From the NCBI GenBank assembly GCA_012295275.1, contig CM022675.1, forward strand, positions 1,798,001 through 1,862,000: a stretch of 64,000 bases of DNA, written 5' to 3'. Source of the DNA: Chrysomallon squamiferum. Lineage: Eukaryota > Animalia > Mollusca. Under the pieces are notes generated by a model. That model saw only the letters and a list, made by a program, of their open reading frames with translations. It ran no database searches and was not told the origin of the DNA. A program made the position numbers and the translations under genes. Below, in pieces: positions 55,278 through 64,000 of this stretch (the stretch's first letter is position 1; every line of letters begins with the position of its first letter).

Positions 55278-58200
55278 CTAGAATGAAGGAAGTTTTTTAA
55301 ATGTCAGATGTTTCTTTTCTTTCTTACAACTAATATATGATAAATAAAGTCTGCATTTAACTGTTGATTTAAACTGACGAAACTAACCATAAAGGTTATT
55401 TACGTAAAAGACAATAATGTTACAAATCTAACATAAACTCACTTGGTATTTGATTTCCATCCATCACGTCCAGAACTATATATGTCTTTCTGACAAGTTC
55501 ATCAGACATTTCAGCAGATCTTCTTTTTCTTCCAAACCCTTCCTTGCCATTGCAGTCCACCTGAATTGAAAGTTTGTATGTTTGTTTTGTTTGTTTGTTT
55601 GTTTGTTTATGTATTTACTACTTACTTTCTTACTTAATGGTTGGCTGCTTCGATTAAATTTTATAAAAATGAATATTAATAGATTTATTACTTATGTAAT
55701 ATATTAATTAGTCAGTAAATAGAAGCAGAGTTAGTAGTAATAGTTTTAGTATTAGTAGTACTACTAGTAGTAAGATAGTCATAATGAAAATAAAAATGAT
55801 AATCAAATGAAATGATGAGAAAATAATCAAAATGAAATTTGAAAGAAACATTTTATTCTTTTTTTGTCTTCTGTATAGTCTTTTAATATAAGACTGTTTT
55901 ACATATTATTCAAGAACAATAAGAGAAAGTGACATGAAAACAGCGGCTTTTGGAACAAACAACTTTAAGACTGTATCTTAAATATAGACTAATACAGGAT
56001 TTTACCAGTTTAATTCTATGTTATATTAATTCATAGAAGAAATACATAAAGAAAAAAATAATTATAACCATACATTTTACTTTCCTAGCATGCGTATGTT
56101 AGCTTTAAGTGTGTTTGCTAGTTGTATTTATACAACGTAGTCTTTGTTATTTCATACAAACCAAATTGTTTTGTCAGTTATTTGATCACCTTTGTCTGGT
56201 ATTAAATTGACTATCAGCTACCGTTCTTAGTCTTTGTTCCTAAAACTGACACTTTGTTAGATTTACATTTCAGGGGAGATAAACTTTAACAAGCCTGAGT
56301 TACAGAAACTATCTGAAGGAAACTGAGCGAATTATTATTGAAACAATTTTTTACAAATTCTTTAAGAACAACACGGAAAAGTATTTAAGAAATGAATAGC
56401 TTTATAAGTAGCTATTTTCAAGTCGTAAATTAATATATAAATATATTTCTTCCTTCGTATAAGATTTTACCAGTTTCAAACTATCTTTTATTTAAATATA
56501 TTCCTAATACTGTCCATTGCTGAAATAGAGTAACAAATGTGTTCACTTTTATCACTAATAAGCATGTAGACAACAACATTCTGTGATGTGCATATTTTAA
56601 GCTGATAAAATAAAACACATAAAATAAAATTATCTAGAACTAACAGAAGAAAATGATAACTCTTACAGGGTCGCACTGAGTTTTTTGATCTGGAGGACAA
56701 ACTTTGACAGAACATTCTGTAGAGACTGCGTTGTTTTTGTTAAAGGTGAAAGCTTTCAACTTGAATGTGACGTTGTTTCCAGATCTTTCAGGTTCCTTTA
56801 TCATCAGTTTACCAATCTCAGACGATGGACAACTGAATAAGTAAAGAATATAAGATAAAATAGCATTTCTCTTTAGTTTCCTCGATCTGAATTAAGACTT
56901 GGTGTTTTAAAAGGAGATTCACTTATTCTAATTATTAGAAGCTATAAACTTATATATTTTTCAAATAATAATACGAGGTGATTGTAAATATGTTCAAGAG
57001 AATTATTCTGCAGTTGGATTGTCTATCCAGAGGTCATTAATTTACGTAAGATATTTATTTGAATCTAGAATGAATCTTGCTAGCTGAAGTGAAAAAGAAA
57101 AGAAAATAATATATATATTTTCTTAAATAATAATTATGTTAATAATGTAACGAAAAAATTACAAAATAAGAATAATAATAACAATAAGAACAAGAACAAC
57201 AACAGCAACAATAATAATAATAATAATAATAATTATAACAATAATAATTATTATAATAATAATGATGATGATGATGATGATGATGATTATGATGACGATG
57301 ATGTTCAGTATTCTCTAGTGCTTCTCGGAAGCGATTAAAAATCCATGTTTATGAGTTCTGGGCTAAACAAGTATAAGTGTATAAAAAATGTCAACATGTT
57401 TTATTTACCTGTCTTCAATGATTTTCAGAGTTTCCCTATCTTCTCCAGTTTTCTGATTATCAGCAGTACATGATTCCAGCCTGAGAGTGCCTGAGTGTGC
57501 TGGCTCTGTTTGAAAGTATTACAATATTTGCGTTTACAGATGTTGCTATCTCCAGCAAAATTATATTTTGACTAGGAGTTATAATGAAGATTATGCTAAG
57601 TGATGGGAATTAAATGTCATGTTTACTAGTAATTTCATTTCCGTTATCAGAAGCGTTAAAAGTGAATAACTGTTGATAATAACCACAGAAATTCAGAGGC
57701 AAAAATTTCGTCGTGGAAAGAACACTGTAACATTCGTCTAGAAATTTGTGGATGATAATAATACTGATAATAACTGAATTAAACTGTACTTAAAAATGGA
57801 AGACAAATTCTGGAAGGAAAAGCCATGTAATATAATATGAAATGTGTACCTGTGTCTGTATTTATTTATTTATTTATTTATTTATTTACTTACTTACACA
57901 TAACATTTTGTTTTCAACATTGGTAAAATTAATACAATGCTAATAAATGCTGTGTGTAGATAAATACTTTTTAAGACGTTAAATATTTTCTCTTCATTTC
58001 ATAGATTTGGCGTGCAGCTCATAAGAATTACTTTTAAGTTGCTAATGATAAAATTCAATGAAAGGTCGACATTCTAATAATAATAATAACAATATTAATA
58101 ATTATAATAATAATATTAATAATAATAATAATACTAATTATTATTATTGTTATTATTACTATTATTATTACGTCTATTGCCCTGGCTAGTGTTGTTTTTT

Positions 58201-59189
58201 TTTTTTTTTTTTTTTATCATTTATCTATTAACGTTGTTTTTTCTCAAAAAACGAAAATGCAATAATTTCAATGTTCTAAATTTATTGATAATTTTTAAGT
58301 TTCTTTCTGATATTTTGTAAATAACAGCATTATAAATAACAGGTGATAAAAGACATAAAACTAGTGAAATTTAAAGAATAATCATTCACAGTGGTTTAGT
58401 GTCACCTGCACATCTCACACCAGCATCTTCTTCATGGCTACACCAAAAGTCGTCCCACTGAAACCTGCATTGTTCAAAACTGGTTTCATTTCCCAAACAG
58501 TGTACGTACTGCAGAAAGATAGGTCCTGATCCTGCACCATAGTAGGCTTCGTTAACAGCTGTAGCATTTGAACTGTAAAACAGGCAATGAGTCACTGGCA
58601 AGTATGTTTGTTTACTATCATTACTCTTATAATAACCGTTGTTGGTAATGTCATAATAGAGAGCTGCTATAGAAACAAGAATTATTAACCTACGTAAGGA
58701 AAACGATTACGTTGTAGCGTCTAGCTATCGTAATAATCATTACTAATAACCTACAATGTGTATTAAACAATCATTAATAATTACTAAGCGAAGCAAAGAA
58801 GAGTAAAATATAAAATAAAAATAGAAACAAAAAAAAAAAAAAAAAAAAATAATTGTAATAAAAATAATTTTAAGAAAGTATGAGGGCTTAGTAACACTCG
58901 CTATTACATCTACAATAATCGTTGTTAATAATCTTACAGTGCTGTAGTAAACAGCTGCTACAAAATCATCATTAATAACTTACTTAGTGAAACCCAGCAT
59001 TCTGCAGTAAACAGCTGCGTTGTAATCAGTATGATAGTCATCACAGACTGTGCCCCACATTCCAAGATATTTAATCTCTACTCGACCTTCTCGTTCTGAA
59101 CTGCCTCCAACCAGACGAATCTCAATTTCTGGGTTATCTTCTAAGAAAACAATAATAAAAAAATATAAAAAAATAACCATAACAATAAC

Positions 59190-59255
<66 letters not shown>

Positions 59256-62254
59256 TCATAATAATAATAATAATAATAATAATAATGTATTAGAATGTTT
59301 TCCTTGTCATATGACTCAGACAGAAAAACACACAAAACAAAGGTGTATATCTAGCCAATCAAGATTTTTTATTTAAATTGTATCAGATCGCTTTGTTCAA
59401 TGTTTTTTCTCTACGATAATAAATATGTAGTAGATGTTTAGTGTTCGCTGTGTAAAATACATTACCTGCACACAGCAGGGCTGTGTACTTCTCATGATCT
59501 TCCCCTTCATGAAGTTCAAGGTAACACTCATTAACGTTCTTTTCCAGTCCTGAACATCGTAGATTTGATATCCAAATCTTTTTGTTGCCTGACGTCAGAT
59601 TATGCTCACTTTCACTTAATGATATTGCTCTGTAACTGCTTTTAATAAATAAGTAAACAAAAGCACCCAAAATTATATCAGTTCATACAGAGTAATTATG
59701 TCAGTTTTTGTACTATTATTATTATTATTATCAACATCATCATTTATCATTACCATCATCATCATTTATTATCATCATCATCGTCATCATGATGATCATT
59801 ATTATTAGCTTTAATAGAATTACTGCATGATTTCAAGGGATATTCATCTGTTTTAATATCAGATTCTGTTTCTACTTACTGGTTAAAGCCAAGTGTCTTG
59901 CACAAAACTTTAGCATCAGCTGGACTAGGGCGATCATCATACAGTCTGCCCCACTCATTGTTTATTTTCACTTCAACGACACCGTAGTTACTGCTTGGGC
60001 CACCAACTAGTCGTAACTCAATGTTTGATATGTCCACTAGAAAATAAAACAGCTGTTATAGTTATAATAAGAGTGTAATGTGTAGTTGGATGTTGATGTT
60101 TTCGTAGTGCCTGAACTTGACAGTGTGACAGGTTGATAAAAACATATAACAACGTGAACCTTTCTTGTATTGTAAATCGTTTTTCTCTGTAGAAGACGAT
60201 AGTGTTATCAGATAAACAAAACACAGTAAACGTAACTGACATTAATACCTGAACAGCTAATATGTACAGATTGACATTCACTCTCTTCATTCCGAAGTCT
60301 GAGAATAGACAAATGCACAGCAGGTTCAGAAGTAAGGCTGATAATCTCATACTTCCATTTATTTCCAGTAATTATTTCAGATTTATAGACTGATGATCTG
60401 TGAAGAAACGCAGGTTAAATTTAAAAGGTTATTCAAAAATATATCTCAGTGGTAGGACAGTGTGTAGAATTAGAAAAGCAAACGTTGATGAAAACAAAAA
60501 TCATAAATAATAAGAAGTAAAATACTAGACGTCGTTTACTCACAATGATAGATTTGATCCACAGTCGTAAAACAAATATCAGAGTAACACAGGAAATTTG
60601 TATTTAACCAATCATCGTTTTGATTAGAAATGTTGAAATTTATATCAATATATTTTCTGTTTATATTTAAACGTGTGTATGTGGCCTTGCCCGTATGTAT
60701 GTATTTACGATAACATTACTACTACTACTATTATTACTACTATACTACTGCTGCTACTATCTGCAACAACAACCACCAATTATTATTTGTATTATTATTT
60801 TACTACTACTATTATTATTATTATTATTATTATTATCATTACTGTTGTTGTTGTTGTTGTTGTTGTTATCGTATTATTATTATTATTATTATTATAATTA
60901 TTATTACTTTTTTTTAATTATTATTATTATTTTTTTTTTACAATTGAACGTTTGAATTTAAAAAGACTTACTAACTTTGCATAGCCCATTTGCCGGCACT
61001 CAACCACAGCGTTTTCGTTCTCATACTTATTTTTGTTACACACTGAATTCCATTTGCCGTCATCAAATACTTCAAGGTTTCCTTCTTGTTTGCTATTGCC
61101 ACCGACCAGCCTCAGTTTGTATGGTGCAGGGTTTTCTGTTATAGTGGAACAAAACACAAAGTTTATTTTTCCTTACTGAACGGCCACAAGAACAATTATG
61201 ATGATAATAATGATAACAATGATGATGATGATGAGAACAATAATATTTCTTTACCGTCACATATCAGTCCAATATCTTCTCCAGTGCAGGCATCACCACA
61301 GTCAGTAATATTCCATTTATTGCAATCATCTACGTCCATTTCAAATCCAAGACAGAGTAAATCACCTTCCCAAATTTGTCCAGTTCCTTCTGGGAAGAAT
61401 CCTTTACCACGTGGCATACCAAACGCTGTAGGACAGAAACTTAATTGTAACAGCAGTGTTAACACACACATATAGACGATATTATTTTTATGTATTTTTT
61501 AATTCATTTATTTATTTACTTCTTTATCTTATTTTTTATTTTTATTAATTTTTTTGCAGACATACACACACGCACACAATGGTTTCTCTTATATATTTTT
61601 ACTTCGACGTTATTTTATATTTCTTCATTTAGAAAGTTCCTTTCATAATACTGGAAAATACGGACTCAGAAAGGTAGAGGTACAATAAGAATCAGAACTA
61701 TTTGCTATTAACTTACTTGTTGAAACCCAGAGTTCTACAAACTGCAGTGGCCTCATAGTAGGTGAAACGATTACTGTGCAGTCTGCCCCATTTACCTTTG
61801 TACAAAACTTCTACTCGACCTTCTTTAGTTGTGTTACCATCAACTAGGCGAACTTTCACTTATAATGAAACAGAAAAAAACAAAAACAAAAAAACATTTA
61901 TAATAACCGATAGGAAAATTATCCTCATTTTGCGAAATTGCGAAGTATTCGTTAGAAGCGATTTGTGAGTAGTTTGAAAATGAGAAAGTCGACAGTTTTA
62001 AGTCAATAATAAACACTGACACAATTCAGAAACACAAAGTAAATAATTAAAGTCTGTAGTTATAATGTAGTACATATATATGTATTACCTGGTTCAATGT
62101 CGGCAATCTTATCTGGTACCTCTGCTGTCAAGTCTGAGAATATATATATATATATAGAAAAAAAATTAGATAAATTAATAAATAAGCAATAACAAAAAAA
62201 TAAAAAAATAAAAATATACGAAGATGACGCGAAATTAAAATTAATTAATGACAG

Positions 62255-62294
<40 letters not shown>

Positions 62295-62558
62295 AATAAA
62301 GAAAACTATGGAAACAACAACTTGTTCCTACTTGTAGTAAACTCAAATGTAAGTTCTTCATCTAAAGATACAGCTGCTGATTCTGGAACTGAAGACCCGT
62401 CTTTGAGGTTGATGTTGAACTGGACAAGCGAGGAGTCTATTGAGTTCACTGTGTTTGTGATGTTCAGTGTGTCTCTGTGAAATAACATCAAGAGGTATCC
62501 CAGATATACACAAGTAACATCCAAACTTTCCACCGTATTAATAAATTTATACAAATTA

Positions 62559-62591
<33 letters not shown>

Positions 62592-63385
62592 CGTGTAATA
62601 TACCAAAGTAAAATATTGATACTTGAAATGGATTAATTTCATAATTACCGAAAATATTAACCACAATTGTAAGTGAACTTATATACATTGCAGGAAAGAA
62701 AGAAAAATATAATAATAATAATATTTATAACGAACCTTTCAGTTTCTTTGGTTGTTATGGCTTTGGTGACAGTCACGGTTATGGCATCGTTGTTTTTTTC
62801 ACTACAAGTGACAGAGACTTTTGTGTCGAGGTTTGTCATAAACTTTTCACTGAACTGAATGATCACATCTCGAGTTCGACCTCCATTTACCTTAACAATG
62901 AGTCACAATTACACAAGTTATGTTCTGTCAATGTCTAATACCACTTTGTACAAAGATAACAAGAAATATTTTTAAAAACAATTTTCTCTGATATTATAAT
63001 TCCACAAATGCACACAACTTTAAATCTATTTTATTTAAACAATTTATGGAAGTAGCTAAGTATTTAAACATAGTTCATTAAGAAAAAAAGAGTAAAATAT
63101 GAATAATGTGAAGAACAGACCTGAGTCACCCCACCACATTCAGTATCCTTAACACTGAGACCCACACCCTGTTTTTCCGAGGGTAAATCTGATGACGTGA
63201 ATTTGCAATCTGGCGTGTCTTTTTCCACCTTTAGCATAGACGACACCACTGAATGTTCCAGCAGGATTAATCACAATCAACATAGAACTTTTCTCACAGG
63301 TAACTTCATCTAAAATATTAAGATTAGTATTTGTTAGCAGGAATAATCAACATGATTGTGATGATGATACTACTACTACTACTAT

Positions 63386-63426
<41 letters not shown>

Positions 63427-63898
63427 TTACTAATTATAATAATAGACACTCAACATGAAGAAAAGCGTATTTGACATCAAATAATAACATTAACTTTCCT
63501 TTCAGATTAATTTAAATCAGATGATGAATCTGACTGTGTTTAGTGATAAACTTAAATAGCATGTTACTATTATACTTTTTGTTATTTATTTATTTATTTT
63601 ACATTACTTTCTTGGGAGGTGAAAAGTATAGTAAATATATATATATAATAAATGAGCATACTGAAAACAATTGGAATATCATCTACCCTTCATTGCTATA
63701 TAATAACAGTGTAAGATATTAAAAAAAGTATTATTTTGTGAAGTAGAATTAATTAGTCACATCTTTTGTTTTCACAGTGGTCACCATAGAAACCAGGTGG
63801 ACAGAAACACGCCCTGTTTCCATTAGCATTGTAACAGATACCTCCATCAGAGCCACAAGAGTCAGTCTGATTGGTACACGGACTTGAACCACTCAAAC
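55090..63898 (-). CDS. EGF-EGF-ZP(SRCR x4)-TM paralog copy 3, 5' part (signal peptide, EGF1) beyond the window end
   Basis: 17 exons from EGF2 to the TM exon with the same phases as copy 1; stop TAA at 55092-55090. Apparent +1 at 63225-63226 and an ambiguous acceptor at 61425/61439. Confidence 0.8.
55443..55560 (-). CDS. copy 3 exon: furin site and hydrophobic patch
   Basis: [32 protein letters not shown]. Confidence 0.85.
56667..56832 (-). CDS. copy 3 exon: ZP-C core
   Basis: [36 protein letters not shown]. Confidence 0.87.
57409..57505 (-). CDS. copy 3 exon: ZP-C resumes
   Basis: [31 protein letters not shown]. Confidence 0.82.
58406..58572 (-). CDS. copy 3 exon: SRCR-D second half
   Basis: [38 protein letters not shown]. 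Confidence 0.9.
58984..59140 (-). CDS. copy 3 exon: SRCR-D first half
   Basis: [34 protein letters not shown]. Confidence 0.9.
59466..59638 (-). CDS. copy 3 exon: SRCR-C second half
   Basis: [26 protein letters not shown]. Confidence 0.85.
59880..60036 (-). CDS. copy 3 exon: SRCR-C first half
   Basis: [41 protein letters not shown]. Confidence 0.85.
60249..60397 (-). CDS. copy 3 exon: SRCR-B second half
   Basis: [39 protein letters not shown], phase 2-1. Confidence 0.78.
60976..61135 (-). CDS. copy 3 exon: SRCR-B first half
   Basis: [36 protein letters not shown]. Confidence 0.87.
61255..61425 (-). CDS. copy 3 exon: SRCR-A second half (acceptor ambiguous)
   Basis: [40 protein letters not shown]; the CAG acceptor is 2 nt out of phase, while an upstream AAG (exon start 61439) is in phase. 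Confidence 0.75.
61717..61858 (-). CDS. copy 3 exon: SRCR-A first half
   Basis: [46 protein letters not shown]. Confidence 0.85.
62089..62133 (-). CDS. copy 3 exon: short linker
   Basis: [14 protein letters not shown], 45 nt, phase 1-1. Confidence 0.72.
62332..62474 (-). CDS. copy 3 exon: ZP linker and first ZP-C strands
   Basis: [32 protein letters not shown]. Confidence 0.8.
62736..62890 (-). CDS. copy 3 exon: ZP-N part 2
   Basis: [29 protein letters not shown]. Confidence 0.85.
63121..63309 (-). CDS. copy 3 exon: ZP-N part 1 (189 nt, +1 frameshift)
   Basis: [27 protein letters not shown], then [16 protein letters not shown] in another frame; the paralog exons are 188 nt. Confidence 0.78.
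63761..63898 (-). CDS. copy 3 exon: EGF-like domain 2
   Basis: 138 nt, near-identical to 11967-12104. Confidence 0.85.
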
Positions 63899-64000
63899 CT
63901 GGAAACACAAATTTCGTATCTGTTATGAAATAGAAAAAAATAAAAATAAAAATCTATATCTATATCTTCTTGGTGATGTTATTGAAGTTACCCACACTTC

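Overview
AT-rich, microsatellite-dense animal genomic DNA (no prokaryotic features; the EGF-ZP gene type points to a mollusc, plausibly an octopod cephalopod, which is inference). Most ORF-track entries are translations of (AAT)n, (TA)n or (CA)n repeats. The window holds three tandem minus-strand paralogs of a multi-exon membrane-protein gene. Copy 1 is at 2798-13223 (19 coding exons, about 900 aa if one frameshift is corrected), copy 2 at 23804-35020 (several lesions, likely a pseudogene), and copy 3 from 55090 to beyond 64000 (5' end outside the window). Manual splicing gives: signal peptide, 2 EGF, ZP-N, the first strands of ZP-C, a linker, four group-A-type SRCR domains, the rest of ZP-C, an RKRR furin site, a hydrophobic patch, a TM helix and a short tail. 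This is a molluscan EGF-ZP-type protein with an SRCR cassette nested inside ZP-C through phase-1 introns. Also present: an isolated plus-strand chimaerin-like RhoGAP terminal exon (49286-49461), a decayed Tc1 transposase, an 811-bp TA-flanked non-autonomous DNA transposon, duplicated upstream blocks and several 65-98 bp tandem arrays. Exon boundaries were read by eye from GT-AG sites and phase continuity; no database search or RNA data was available.
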